From Antedon mediterranea (Eukaryota > Animalia > Echinodermata), in contig NC_092674.1 of assembly GCF_964355755.1 (NCBI RefSeq), forward strand, positions 19,282,001 through 19,346,000: DNA of 64,000 nucleotides, read 5' to 3'. The stretch's first letter is position 1; the number at the start of each line of letters is the position of its first letter. The notes beneath the pieces were generated by a model. It ran no database searches and was not told the DNA's origin. It saw nothing but the letters and a program-made list of their open reading frames with translations. A program made the position numbers and the translations under genes. Shown here one piece after another: positions 1 through 13,858 of this stretch.

Positions 1-19
1 ATCCCACACGGGGCAATTC

Positions 20-900
20 AAATAAAAAGTTCTGGATTAAAATGATCTTAGAAATATACAAAAATATCACAATACACAGTACAATATAGCAAGAGTCAAA
101 GTTCAAGAAATTAAGAGTCGGATGGCAACTGGCAAAAAAGAATTTCTTTTCCGGTTTGTTCTACATGCCGGGCATCGAAAGCGACGCCCATGAGGCATGA
201 GCTCGAAATCACTGAACAAGGCATGGTTAACATTTTTTAGAATAGCTCTACTTTTTTCTAGAGTTTGCATGTCACAGAAGGAAGACAAGCTACGAAGTTG
301 ACAACCTATTAATTTAGAACTTAAATTAACAATTCTTTGTAGTGAGTTTCTCTCTTTGACCCTATTAAGACTAAAAAACCAGCATATAAAGAAAAAAAGT
401 TAAAACGTTCTCAATAAAGGAATTATAAAAAAACCTGAGAATTACTTTATCGACATTAAAATGGTTCAGCTTCCTTAACAGATAAAGTCTATGGTGTCCT
501 TTCTTTACTATTGCCTCTGTATTTAATTCCCAGCTGAGATTGTCCTCAAAATATAGTACCTAGGTATTTAGGAATGGACAATATCACTGGTTCGTCATTT
601 ATGAGGGATACCAGAGGGCTGCGTCATTTCTCCTTCCTAAAATCTACAATCATCTCCTTGGTTTTGGTCACATTGAGTTCCAAGTAGGAGTTTCCACAAA
701 ATTGGATAAAACCATCTAATGCGGGACCATGACCGTCCTGTGAATTTTTAAGGAGAGACAGCAAGACAGTGTCGTTAGCAAATTTGACAAGATGACTATT
801 GTCCTGTTTGCTGCGACAGTCATCCGTGTATATAATATACAGGAGATGAGAGAGGACGCAACCCTGGGGCGATCCAATACTTGTCATTACGTACATTCAT
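20..900 (-). mobile_element. Degenerate 3' fragment of a non-LTR retrotransposon (Rex1/Babar-like RT)
   Basis: ORF 624..896 has PQGCVLS..LY..YTDDC..LVKFANDT..LELNVTKTKEMIVDFRK. ORF 103..288 has the C-terminal GRRFR..RTNR.RNSF.P.AIRLL motif typical of Rex1-type LINEs. The frame is broken between the two. Confidence 0.8.
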
Positions 901-984
901 TGATACTAAAATCATCAAAAATCTATCTATAGTTAAATCATGAGTTGATTCCAAATTATCAAGACTCATTAATTAATCAACAAT

Positions 985-2030
985 AGTACATACCGCTAAT
1001 GAATTTCAATGTTCTTCTAGCTAGCATCATTTTTCCTATTTCATAACGATACAATAGGTACAGGAAAAACATTATTTGCACCAAATACTTGCAAAATATA
1101 CATAAACATAATTTAGTTTTACGCTATTTAAAGAAAATTTGAGTTTTCGTAAAAGGTCACTGACCTCTATAGTTACATAACAACTGTTGTATCAATTAGT
1201 TTTTAGAGTAAGAAATACATATTATACACATTTGTAGTTATTTAGATGTTATTGGCAGGCATAAATGTTACCTACTACTACACTACCTGTTGTTGATAAC
1301 AATTTATCATTATTATAGGATTATTTTTATTTGAGTACATAATTAATTCAAAATACTTAACATAATTTTTCCTATTTCATATGACGATAGGTACAGAAAA
1401 AACACAAGTTTCATCAAATGCAATGGCAATTACGGAATAAGACATTTTGTTAGGAAAAATTTGAGTTTTTGTAAAAGGTCAATGACCTTTTGACCTCTAG
1501 TTAAGTATAACTGTTGTATTAATTGTTTTTTTAATGTATATTAGTAGGATATATATACTCTACACATTGGTACTAAAGCTATTTAGATATGATTATAAAA
1601 CAATGGATTATAGGCATAAACGCTACCCCTACCCAAAAATTGTTTACATTACATTTGATCAAAAATCAATTTCAATAAGAATAGTACATCATTACTTTTA
1701 AAATTCTTCTAGTTAACATCATGTTTCCTATTTTATATATCGATAGGTACAGAAAAAACACAATTTTGATTAAATGCATCCACAATTATGGCATACGATA
1801 TAACAGTTAATCTTTTTTTAAAGGAAAAAAATGAGTTTTTGTAAAAGGTCAATAACCTTTTGACCTCTAGTTATATAAATAAGTGTTGTATTTTGTTTTT
1901 TTAAATTGCATATTAGAAAGAAATATATATTCTACACACTGATATCAAGATTATTGAGATTGGATTATAAAACCACAAGTTACGGGCATAAATGTTACCC
2001 CCTACCCCAAAAATATTTACGGAATAAAAT
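985..2030. repeat. Diverged tandem repeat, about 345 bp x3
   Basis: The blocks 'ttttcctatttcata..gataggtacagaaaaaac' and 'gagtttttgtaaaaggtca(a/c)tgacc' recur near 1025, 1365 and 1720. Confidence 0.75.
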
Positions 2031-2404
2031 CCCTATATAGTTGTTGAGATTACGTAAAAAATAGTGTGTTCCAATGCTTCAATTTTCGGTGACTTTTAAT
2101 ATGTCATTCTAAACTACATTTGGAATGAAAAAATCAATGTTTCGTTACTATTGCAATTTGTGGTGGGTTTACCTCTAAATATCACTAGATTGACTGGACT
2201 AATTTATTTGTTTAAACAATGCAGCATTATTTCAGCTTATTTTGATATCTTTTTAAAAGTAAGAATTACATGTGGAACATACCATCATCGTGATAATGGT
2301 ACAATAATGTTTATCCCATTGCTTCAGATTAAAATGTTAAAATTATTTTTTATATTTTTTGAAAAAAGAACTAAATTGAAATGTTTTTGATGTAGATTGT
2401 TTAC

Positions 2405-4756
2405 CTGCTTTTTCTGAATTGTTTTTGGAGTATATTTTGTTGACATCGCTGTCGTCTACAATACTTTCGTCGACCTTTTGAATGTTGTCATTTGTGTTTG
2501 CAACGCTTTCATTGACTTCTCCATCTCTTGTTTCTTCAGTACTTTCGTCGACAGTTGCTTTACCTAATTCTTTTTGCACCTCTGCTAAAACAATAAATGT
2601 AGGCCTATTTATATTTTGGTATTCTTTATGTTTATTTACTAAATTTCTGTTGAAAAAATGTCATTAGATTGTGTTCCAAGAAATGTCTAAAGAGGCAAAT
2701 ATCTTTTTTTTTTAAATAAAAACAATAATTATTAAAGAAATATAATGAACAAGGACGTCTTCTGTTTCTTTGAAATTTGTTGTGACCCATGGGTCGGCTT
2801 CATTATAGAGAATCAAATGATAGTTTTAGATGTTAATGTTATAAAGAATTGCTATTTCAGAAGATTCCAAATTTAATAAATTTTATTTTTCCACTTTAGA
2901 ATGGGAATTTGTCTTGTTTTTGTTTTTGTTTATTTTGTTATTCAGTATATTACACAGAGGCGCCTTACAAGATGGAACCACCTTAGCTTCAAGGCGCCTC
3001 AGATTAACAAATAAAACGTTTTAAAACAAAAATTAACAGAAACATCAATCAAATCTTCCTGAATTAACAAGAAATGTTTTACATAAAACAATAAAGCATT
3101 TTTCACAATTCGAAAGAAGATCGGAACCAAAAATGAAAATTTAACTTAAAATTTTAAAATTATACGTTAAAGAAAAATCCTTGGCCAAGATATCCTCAAT
3201 AATTGATTTAGCGCTTACACGTAGAAAATCTCTTTGTGTATTATAATTGGGGCAGTAACATACGAAATGAAGCGGATTCTCATCATTATAGCCACGAGTA
3301 CAATTTGTATTGTCCCGAAGTCCATGTTAGAATAAATGCGAATTGAGACAGCTGAAACCAAGTCGGATTCTAGTGTGAATTTGGTTGATCATTTTATCAT
3401 CTGTATCATAATAAGAACGAATTTGTTTTGCTTGGCATAATTAAGACAATAAAACTACAATGAAAAATACATCAAATACTGTTGAAAAATATTAAAAATG
3501 CAGATTGCGAAAACGCCATAGGCCCTGTAAAATACTGTTAAAACGATTAAAATTCAAAATAACAATTACAGAAAATAGTTTATTGTCGAACTTGCACATA
3601 ATATTGATGGTTTTTACAACAAAGGACTTCCAAGTTCTACAGTACATAGAATTGCTTTTAATAATAATAATAACACTAACACTAACAACAATAATAATAA
3701 TAATAATAATAATAATTTAGGTATTTGTATAGCGCCAGAATCAACTAAACCGAAGTAAATATCAAAGGCGCTTATATTGGATGTTAAAAAGATGCGTTTT
3801 AAGTTCTTTTTTAAAAATAGCAATAGAAGTTGATTTAGTAAAATGACGAGGGAGAAAATTCTAAAGAGAAGCAGCAGAGAACATAAAAGACCTTTGTCCA
3901 TACGATTTGGTGTTAATTCTAGGAACAAGTAGTAGGTTTTGATCAGCCGAACGAAGACAAGCAAGAGTGTATGAGGGAAGAAGATCAAGGAGATAAGTAG
4001 GTTGTTTAAGAAGTAGCGCTTTAAATGTTAGTAAAAGGATCTTATATTTTATACGGGAGTCAATAGGTAGCCAATGGAGGTTATATATAGGAGGGGTCTA
4101 ATGTCTAGTCTAATGCCAAATCTATTAAAAGACTAGTCCTTGTATTATTTAATTATTTATTGTTTTGACATTCATAATGCAAAGTATTATTATAGTAAAA
4201 TACAAACTAATATAATAAAAAAAAAAATCAACTAAACAACAAATAACTATGTTTACAATGTGTTAAAAATAATATTTTAAATATTTTAAGGACTAGCAAG
4301 AGAGGAATATAATGCCATTATATTATAAGAAAAACATTTCAAATATTGTTATTAATATTAAAATATTGCTGTTAGTCTTTTAGGCAAAAGAAAAAAAAAA
4401 AGAATAAGTAGGCCTATATTTATAATGTGTCACGCGTTACTAACATTTCAAAAAAAGTAGCAAAAGAAAAACGTTACGATACCGTACTAATAGTAAAGTA
4501 CTATTAGACTTTTAAAATGTATTATTTATTACTAGTTAAGTACAGTTTCTATAAGAATAACAGATTACGACATAGTTTGCATTTGCATTTGCTTACTATT
4601 GACACAAACTTTAATTAAATAATAATAATAATATGCTTTGCTTATTCTCAGTGTAAACTCGATATGTAATTAATTTGGTTAACACTTACCAGCTCGAGCC
4701 TCATAAAAAGTGCATGTAGCACAGAAAAGCAAAACTAAGATAGTTGACCGATTCAT
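2405..4756 (-). CDS. Putative small secreted acidic protein (exon 1 4756-4690, exon 2 2584-2405; 3' end unresolved)
   Basis: Exon 1 encodes the signal-peptide-like MNRSTILVLLFCATCTFYEARA followed by G|GTAAGT. Exon 2 follows ttgttttag, is 180 nt and phase 1-1, encodes AEVQKELGKATVDESTEETRDGE...SEKA and ends at CAG|GTAAAC. Confidence 0.6.
2930..3440 (-). mobile_element. CR1-group LINE 3' fragment (in the intron of the small gene)
   Basis: The minus strand reads HTRIRLGFSCLNSHLF*HGLRDNTNCTRGYNDENPLHFVCYCPNYNTQR, resembling the C-terminal CCHC region of LINE ORF2. Confidence 0.65.
3660..4085 (-). mobile_element. L2-clade LINE 3' fragment with (TTA)n tail
   Basis: The minus strand reads LHWLPIDSRIKYKILLLTFKAL..PTYL (L2 signature) and ends in gcgctatacaaat...(tta)n. 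Confidence 0.8.
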
Positions 4757-4826
4757 TTTGTAGCCAATGCTAGTGTCTGACGTCTGTAAGTGTAATTTCT
4801 AAATGATGGGATGCATTTTATCATCG

Positions 4827-4834
4827 TTTATATA
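4827..4834 (-). promoter_or_regulatory. Candidate TATA box (TATATAAA) for the small secreted-protein gene
   Basis: TATATAAA on the minus strand about 70 nt upstream of the ATG at 4756. Confidence 0.4.
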
Positions 4835-6309
4835 TGCTTGCTAAAACAGCTGGCCTTATTTTAGAAATCAGGTAGACAATTGATGTCAGACATGTCGGTT
4901 ATCTCAATATTTTATTCCGGTTAAATTAATAAGAACATTGTAAACAAACTGTAAGCCTATTTAGCAAAACGTAAATAAAACCTTCGGCTCATAAAGGAAG
5001 GCGAAATGGCTGTAAAACAATTTACCGACAGGTCAATGGTTTTTTATAAACCATCACGTGATATGATTGCCTCTTTACCTGATGTTACCCTCTCCCATCT
5101 AACCATTCTTGCTGAAAAAAATGTCCTTAGCTAAAAGGGCTTTTTTTTGTTTAATTTTTTATCAAAATTAAATGAACAAAATATACCAAATTGCCGATCC
5201 TATCAACTTTTCTTGGAGGAACAGTGGCTATTTTGTTTGTAAATTAATTAAATTTCCCAATTTCTTTACGGAGTTTTCAGCAATTTAGTGTTACAGACCA
5301 TTTCCATTACTTAATTTCATTTTTTGGTCAATTTTTAAGTTTCATTGTTGGAATTTTAACATTTTACTGTAATACTTCAATCATCATTTTATATTAATAT
5401 TTATTTATACATGGTTCACAGTCTTTGGTGGAGTTCAATGAACTAGTGTTCACTGTTAACTTTCATCATTTTTCAGACTGGGTTTCTACTCTAAATCGGG
5501 AACTCAAGTATTTACTTCATGTCTTCTATATCTATTGAGATGCAGTTTCTCCTAAAAATACGACGAAATATGGCAAAAGTTATTGTAGGCTACAGCATAC
5601 AATAGTAAGACACCTTTACTTGATATGTCAATACGATTTATTATTTACATAATCTGAATGTTTAATGTTGTTATTAACTGAACATAAGGAATAGTAGTAT
5701 TTGTAATAATAATAATACAACATTTCTTGGTGTACCGGTAATCTTACATTTTCATCGTGACATTATGGAACTGCTGTCAATGACATCTGTTGATAGCATG
5801 TGAAGACTCGCAGTCACATTGTTTGTATTTTTTATGATGTATCGATTTTTATTTAGGCTTAGTAATAAGAGGATGCAGTATTAAATTAATCTCACTTCTT
5901 ATTCATGCCCGTTTTTATGAAAGGTTATCTTGCAAAGTAAATGATCATACAGCAAATCACCGGTGGAAATCAAACATAGACCTCTGTTTATGGGGTTGTT
6001 TTTATTTGCACTTTATGTTTATTCATTTTGCAAATAGGATGTGTATATTTGATTGCACAAACAGTAATGTTAGATCTTTTTCAATAGTTTAATACTGTAC
6101 ATTATTTTCTGTGCTTTCAATTTGCCTAAATTATTAATAGACATTTTGGTTATCTTTTGTGATGCAGTAATTTGTTTAAACTACAGGATTTATACACGAT
6201 ATTCACTTTTAGATGGTTAAAGATTGTTTATGGTGTTTAATTATGCAGTACCTTATTCACAATTATGATTCACAAATTATTTTATATAATTTTCTGGAAG
6301 GTGTTTACA

Positions 6310-6440
6310 TGAAAAAAACCGAGATTTCAATACGGACTTTATTCTGGATATTCAGCTGTCCTAACCATTAGACCACTGGAGCTTTCATGGTATTGTTCAT
6401 ACTCGAATGGATAGCAACTTTTTAACACTCTCGGCGTGCT
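6310..6440 (-). repeat. Dispersed tRNA-derived repeat, copy 1
   Basis: Shares 'cagctgtcctaaccattagaccactg..gctttcatggtat' and 'gatagc.act.tttaaca.tctcggcgtg' with 40085-40235. A-box-like AGTGGTCTAATGG. Confidence 0.6.
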
Positions 6441-9400
6441 ACCATACCCGTTTTGGTGGGACTCGCGCACAGTGATAAATATGATTTAGATTAGCACTGT
6501 GTGCTACCATAGCCATTTTGGTTGTACATGCGCCCTTTGATAATACATTGGATTTAGTTTTGCACTATGCCCTAACATACCAATTTTGGTTGTACTTGAG
6601 CACAGTGATAATAAATAGGATTTTGTTTAGCACTGTGCGCTTGATAATAAATAGGATCTAGTTCAGAACTGTGCAATAATAATACTAATTTTGGTCGCAC
6701 TCGTGCTCAAAGATAATAAATAGGCTTTAGTTTAGCACTGTGCGCTACCATAACCATTTTGGTTGTTCACTGTGATAATAAAAACTAGAATGTAATTCGT
6801 CACTTTTACGAATTATAGTTGATCAATTTATCATTTTACTGAAATAATTTTTTTTACGTGCACGTACGTTTAACATATGATCAGAAATGTTGATGTATGC
6901 CATCCTATTTACGCCTATAGTGCTGAGTTGTGCCTAATATATGCCATATACAATGTACAGTATATAATGTATATCTATATACAGTGTAGCATAGGTGAAA
7001 TTACGGGACACATATCATGTTCTAATTTTTTGGTATGATGGAATTATCAAAATAAAATCGAAGATTACAATTTCGAAAGATAATGAATTGAGCATTTAAA
7101 TATATTAGAATTGGAAGAGAATTTGGCACGTAGAAGCGCCATGCGCGCTCTTTGAAATTTGTATAACTTTGACGAAAAAGATGAAAAAAATATTTTTAAA
7201 CTTCAACTGGCCATATGTTAACGTCACAAGATCCGATAGGCTTGATTTTTATATGTATTCATATCTACATTTCATCAGCTTTCATAATAAATTATAATCA
7301 TCAAGGTAACCTTCAATTCTGAAGAGCTGTAAGATATTCAAATTTACGGCAAAGGTGAAATTACTCGACCAAAGTTATTCAAGTTTTTACGCGTGATGAC
7401 GTCATCAAACAAAAATAGTGGGAAGTCATGAGAAAGTCAATTAATTGAGCAATCACATAATAAAATTTGAGCGAAAATCGGGCACAAAATAACAGAGATG
7501 CGTTCTATTGAAGGTGATAAAATATGACGAAAGAGAAAAAAAACTTAATTTCAAATTCAAGTGGCCATTTAATGACGTCACAACATTTTGTACGTAAAAT
7601 GTGTACATAAATTCATATCTACGTACAACTCAATGGCTTCTAGAATAAGTTGAAAAAATTGGGGGTCATCGTGCATTCTGAAGAATTATTTTCAATTTAA
7701 AAATGCCTTATTTTTTACCATTTTCAGCACTTTGATGCAATTAATGTGCACATTTTGTCATTTTTAACCTGCTCGTATAGCGTTATTTTAAGTCGGAACG
7801 GACGAAATTTGGTGAATGTACTAATATAAGGATGGTGAGTAGAATGCAATTTGTACAAACAAATCGTATTGTTTACGCTTTTTAAGCATCGCGCGCGCAA
7901 AAACGTGTTTTTGCGCAGTCCTTTTTGAAACACGCAAATAGCCTAATTCTTGCTCTAAATTGATCAAAACATAAATTTGAGCTTTTTAAATTTTTAACGC
8001 GCAATTTCACGCGCATGACACCCTACGTGCGCGTGCGTTTTTATTTGCTAGTATTTTTACTTTTGACCTGAAGTTTACGTGTAGTGAATTTCATTAATAT
8101 GTGATAATGAATTATGGAGATATGATTGATAATGTGATTTCACAAAATGGCGTTTAAATGACGTTACGGTTGAGTGATCACGCTGAAAAGCTTATTAGGA
8201 TTAAGTTACAGTATTGTGACATTTTTGTGATTATTAACATTTAACTTTTTGAGATAATTGACACACAAAATCTGTACAGAAAGAAATAAAGAAGAAGAAT
8301 AATAAAGATTTCATACAATAACAATAGGTGATCATTTTATTCTAAATGATCACCTAATTAATAGGATTTAGTTTACCACTGTGCGCTACACCATACCCAT
8401 TTTAGTTACACTCGCTCACAGTGATAATAAATAGGATTTAGTTCAGCACTTTGCGCTACTATACCCATTTTGGTTGCACTCGTGCACAGTGATAATAAAT
8501 AGGATTTAGTTCAGCACTTTGCGCTACTATACCCATTTTGGTTGCACTCGTGCACAGTGATAATAAATAGGATTTAGTTCAGCACTTTGCGCTACTATAC
8601 CCATTTTGGTTGCACTCGTGCATAGTAATAATAAATAGGATTTAGTTCAGCACTGTGCGCTAATATACCCATTCTGGTTCCCCTCACGCACAGTGACACG
8701 AATGTAAACAGATGATAACAAAAATACATTGTTTGAAAAAAATGTATAGATTATTGTATTAAAATGAACATTTATAACAATGAAATAAAGTTTTCGGTAA
8801 TTTCCCTACAAAACCCGTCATGTTAAGTAAAAGGAAGTAAACTACTGTATTTGTTGTTATTATAAAAGAATGTCTGTATGTAGAAAATATATATTTGCCT
8901 GTAAACGGTACTTATAAAGCACTATACCCATTGTTGTGGTACTTGAGCACAGTGATAATAAATAGGACCTAGTTTAGCACTGTGCGCTACCATACCTATT
9001 TTGATTGTACTTGCGCACAATGGTTTTATATAGGACCTAGTTTAGCACTGTGCGCTACCATACCTATTTTGATTGTACTTGCGCACAATGGTTTTATATA
9101 GGACCTAGTTTAGCACTGTGCGCTACCATACCTATTTTGATTGTACTTGCGCACAGTGGTTTTATATAGGACCTAGTTTAGCACTGTGCGCTACCATACC
9201 TATTTTGATTGTAGTTGCGCACAGTGGTTTTATATAGGACCTAGTTTAGCACTGTGCGCTACCATACCTATTTTGATTGTACTTGCGCACAGTGGTTTTA
9301 TATAGGACCTAGTTTAGCACTGTGCGCTACCATACCTATTTTGATTGTACTTGCGCACAGTGGTTTTATATAGGACCTAATTTAGCACTGTGCGCTACCA

Positions 9401-9640
9401 TACCTATTTTGATTGTACTTGCGCACAGTGGTTTTATATAGGACCTAGTTTAGCACTGTGCGCTACCATACCTATTTTGATTGTACTTGCGCACAGTGGT
9501 TTTATATGGACCTAGTTTAGCACTGTGCGCTACCATACCTATTTTGATTGTACTTGAGCACAGTGGTTTTATATAAGATCTAGTTTAGCACTGTGTGCTA
9601 CCATACCCTTTTTGGTTGTACTTGAGCACAGTGATACTTA
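6430..9640. repeat. 68-bp minisatellite in three blocks (about 6430-6780, 8358-8697, 8920-9640) with an internal inverted repeat
   Basis: Unit agcactgtgcgctaccatacctattttgattgtacttgcgcacagtggttttatataggacctagttt. Period of 68 checked at 8976/9044/9112 and 8445/8513. Confidence 0.95.
6783..8358. mobile_element. Non-autonomous Helentron/HINE (DINE-1-like) element inserted into the satellite
   Basis: One end reads aactagaat-aattcgtcac..acgaatt (hairpin)-atag.tgatca. The other has an (aag/aat)n tract then the ataggtgatcattt..aaatgatcaccta palindrome. It splits a satellite unit with no TSD. An inverted copy lies at 25020-25910. Confidence 0.7.
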
Positions 9641-10030
9641 GACTTGCCCCAAATCTGTATTTATTGTCTTTTTTTTAAATTTATTTGTTTTCATTTCGAC
9701 GTATAGAACACGTATAGAAATCGATTTGCAGACCGCAAACATCCGATAAGAATATGACGTAGGTTATCATACCGTATATGTGGGGCGGGTTGCACTCGCG
9801 CACACTGATAATATGTAAACAGATGATAACAAAAATACATTGTTTGAAAAAAAACTGTATAGATTATTGTATTAAAATGAACATTTATAACAATAAAATA
9901 CAATTTTAGGTAATTTCCCTACGAAACCCGTCATGTTATGTAAAAGGAAGTAAACTACTGTAGGCCTATAAGAATGTCTGTATGTTGAAAATAAATATTT
10001 GTCTATAAACGCTATACTTATAAAGCAAAT
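8700..10030 (+). repeat. Direct duplication of about 220 bp (8700-8925 and 9813-10030) flanking the third satellite block
   Basis: Both copies start 'atgtaaacagatgataacaaaaatacattgtttgaaaaaaa' and stay similar up to 'tacttataaagc'. Confidence 0.8.
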
Positions 10031-11594
10031 AAGGATCAAAATGTGTAGTGTTGTTTCTTTCACAATAAGCTTAACAGATAACATTTAAAAATGTCCTCTG
10101 TTTATTTTTAACCTATTTTCCACACGCCAGTAAATGAAACCACACTATTGTACATAGAATGGATTGTCAGTACAGCAAAGTTGATTAGTAAGATACTATT
10201 CTACACTACATACTAAATTTTCATGGATTAAATCCACTTGCTCAAACTATCATGGTCAATTGAATTACACGTAGCAGAATTACAGTGACTTGGGGGTGCA
10301 ACTGCATTAAAATGTGTATTTGTATTTCGATGTACGTTTATTAAAAAAGGTACTACACAGAAAGACATTTGCGCATTCGTCGCTGATAACAATCAGAAAG
10401 CTAGCTCATAACTTATAAATTGTTGTTTTAGATCCCTAAAAAATCCCTCAAAATAACTCATTTGAATTGAATGTTTATTTACATAATGGTTTATTTCGGA
10501 ATATATCATGACAGAATTTATGCTTAGATATTGGACTGTTCCATTCATCTTTGTCAATACATTTGAATAAACCTATTATTCCCAAAATAACTGATTTGGT
10601 TGAAAAAACGTATTGTTATTAATCAAATTGTTATCTTTTAAACTTGTGTTTTCCTTTACCATTACGATTCATACTCGAGCTGTGTACATGTGTAATCGTA
10701 ATATTATCTTCAAAATTGAACATCTGTAAAACAAAACACTTTTTAAAAGTGTATGTATATTTTACTCTCGGACTAATTCATTTGAGGAAAAAAGCATTTC
10801 TGTTTAGTGCACCGTTGTTACACTATCAACAATTTTATTTCCGAATCTGAAAATCAGTTTGTTATATTTTTACTTGACTAATTGTTTTAATCAGGTTTAA
10901 TTACCGTAAAAAGTTCGACCAATCATTACATTAAAAGTGAAATTGTTGTCGTAGATAAACAGGCTGGGATAATTTTAATAGTGACTTCCTTTTTTACAAG
11001 TGAAATTTTAATTGTGTAGCCTATGTAATTTGTTGACAATTCGAAAACAGTTCAATCTTTAAAATATGTTGATCTACATTGTGCTTTAATCTGACCATTG
11101 TGTCTTTTGTTTATTTTTGTGTTAATTATTCCAAGTATGTAGTTGAAAATAAATATTTGCATTTGCCGTTATGTACCAGGGTTTTGTTTCAGAATAAAAC
11201 GTTATTTCTACTTTCTTGTGGTATTATATTGACTGTTAGAATTGTACCCAAAAAAATTATGAATATACACTTTGATATACACTGTTACGGGATTTCAACA
11301 AAAAAGACTTAAGAACTATTTTACTTGGTAACAATGTCAAACAAGTTGTGTCAACTCCTACCCGAGGAGAGGCAACCCTAGATTAAATTATATTACAAAT
11401 GTGTATAAACAATTTAGTATTCTTACAATTAAGGCTCCAATAAAGGTAGCAGTGATCTTAATTGCTTTACTCTTATACCGACGCTAAATTGTACAACCAA
11501 AACCATTCACTGATTTAAATATATGCCAATTTGGGCGGTGGTTCCAGAACGTTGACTGGACACCATTATATATGGCCGATGATAATAAAAAAAT

Positions 11595-11900
11595 AAATAA
11601 TAATAATAATATAATATGATTTGTATAGCGTCTTTCCAAATTGATCCAAGCGCTTCACATTAATACATAGGAGTAGGTTAATAGTATGTTTTAAGGCATT
11701 TATTAGGATGATTCTCTTAAGTCTCTTGGCAGAGGGTTCCAGAAACTTGCTCAAAATTTGGAGAAGGTAATGTCCCCTGAGAAACGCCTTTCATGGTGGT
11801 CCTCTAACCTGGTTAGATCATTTACAGACTTGAGACCATGCCTACTACAATTATAGAGCTGAATGAAATCCTTAAAGGCCAGGTACGGGCAAAACATTTC
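11595..11900 (-). mobile_element. L2-like LINE 3' tail remnant
   Basis: (aat)n followed by 'atttgtatagcg..aagcgct', the same tail type as at 3700-3780. Confidence 0.4.
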
Positions 11901-13274
11901 TATTGATCATACATTCCAATAATGATCGATCTATAGTTTCCCCTATGTTTCATAATTGTTGGGATTTTATTTGTGTTACACGAGCTTCTATATATAAAAT
12001 TACGTAAAATAATAATAAATTCGGTAAATCGCATGTTACTTCTAGAATGTTTACTCGATGATATATAAAGTTGGTTCGTACTTTTTGTACTGATTTTAAC
12101 CACTAATAAAATTGAGTTAGATAACTAGTTATTGACAATTAAAACGAATTTAAGGTTCAACGATTTTCCCCAAATAGGGGTGTTTTCCGATCGTGGCATA
12201 CACTGTCTAATGGATGTCTATCTTGAAAAATACCCGCACACAATGATACGAGGGTGCTTCGCATTTTCCTATCTCCTCCTAAGATAATTGTTTTTAATAG
12301 TTGAAAACCAGTTAGAAAGCTCGAGTACAGCATCATAATGTTGAAGACAGGCCGATTTAAAAAAAAAAATACTATTTTCATAGATTTAATATACGTTTAT
12401 AAAAATGTATTAGTTTCCGATGAATGGAACATTACAATCTCTGTTCCACAAGTGTCTATTCCCTCAGGCGTTATAAAAGCAAGTACACTCCAATCAGAAA
12501 TTCGATCCATTTTTTTCAATCTGTGCTGCAGATGTTGGATATAGGTAGCGATAATGAGATAGCATTTTCGGTCGCCGTCTATTATGTTCAAAACTTTATT
12601 ATTGCAGTAAAAACACCCACATCACCACCCTCCCCTCACTGGCATGAGTAGCGTTGTAGAGTATAGGCCTACGAAACGAAGGATCACATGCCCTAAACGC
12701 TGAACATCTTTGGTGGGTAGGAATCAACTTAAGTATGAATTGACTCTAAGAAATAATTAAAAACCATTAGGCATATTAATTAAATTGAGTTAGATAATTT
12801 AATATTTATTGACTTTATGATTTGCCCCGAATAGCGGTGGTTTACACAAGTTGTTTTACATTATATGAATATATACATATAAACTATTACTGACAGTAGC
12901 TTATTAACGTTAATACTGTAATTTAAAAAATATATAAACGTTGTAGTGATGTATTGTTACATGTACTGTACTATTTCAATCGACTATGACGGTGACATTT
13001 TCAACAAAGTATTACATCGCAATGTTTTACTGTGTTTAGGGGTATATTATTTGTAAAACATGAAAACAATTACTATTTTGTTACTAAATGGATAATGAAT
13101 ACATTTAAAAATTGTTCCTCTTTGCACCCATGCTCTTTCCCATCCCTCAGCCGTTATTTTAACATACAAAACACAAATTAAGTTTGTTTAAATTAGACTC
13201 AAACAATTGGTCTCATTTTGTGACAAGATTCTCTTTCGGAAGTAATTCCCATGGTGCTAATTTTAGTTGTGTAC

Positions 13275-13858
13275 TGTAATATAATGTTTGCGTTGTTGAG
13301 GTACTAATGAAGACTCTTACTCGCTTGACTGTCGTAACACATATATTATTTATTCAGTATAATACTTCAGTACAATATACAACTATAAGTATAGATAAGG
13401 AACGGACAATCAATGATGCTGTCAGTGAGGTGTGAAGTGTGTAGGTCTGCTTCTGAAGAAGTGGCTGTGAGGTGTGTCTGGGCCCTTCTGAAACTTGGGA
13501 GTATATTGGCTCAGTTCATTTGCATATGTCACTACGTAATATTAGAGGGTAACGATTGGTCCTAAGTTGATCCAGGGGTGTTTAAGTGGGAGTGATTAAC
13601 GGTATAATAAGGTATTTCTGTGATGGATAACACTGTCAAATCTGTACTTAAATAGTGTCAGTCACTCCTGGTTTAACGATGGGAAAAGTCACAAAGTTAA
13701 GCTAAGTGTTTTCTTTAGGGATTCTATTATAAACTAAATGGTCATTAAAATATCTGGACAAACTCTCCTCTGGACTTTCTGGGTCAAGTTTGTGAACCTA
13801 TTTGAATTCCGATACAAAGGTCAATTTCTTAAATATAAAAGTATATCGTTATATTACA
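13275..13858 (-). repeat. 3' LTR of Gypsy copy 1 (584 bp)
   Basis: TGTAATATAA...TTATATTACA terminal inverted repeat; direct repeat of 21140-21703. Confidence 0.95.

Noticed and set aside
8358-9640. CRISPR-like array of palindromic repeats
   Set aside because: The units are head-to-tail with no unique spacers, there are no cas genes, and the context is eukaryotic; it is a minisatellite.
10640-10850. Exon-like segments on the minus strand (ttttacag|ATG..G|gtaaag)
   Set aside because: Neighbouring candidate exons contain stops and could not be assembled into a coherent gene.
12157-12651. Cluster of 60-75-aa ORFs, possibly a decayed transposase or viral gene
   Set aside because: No motif I can recognise with confidence; a translated search is needed.
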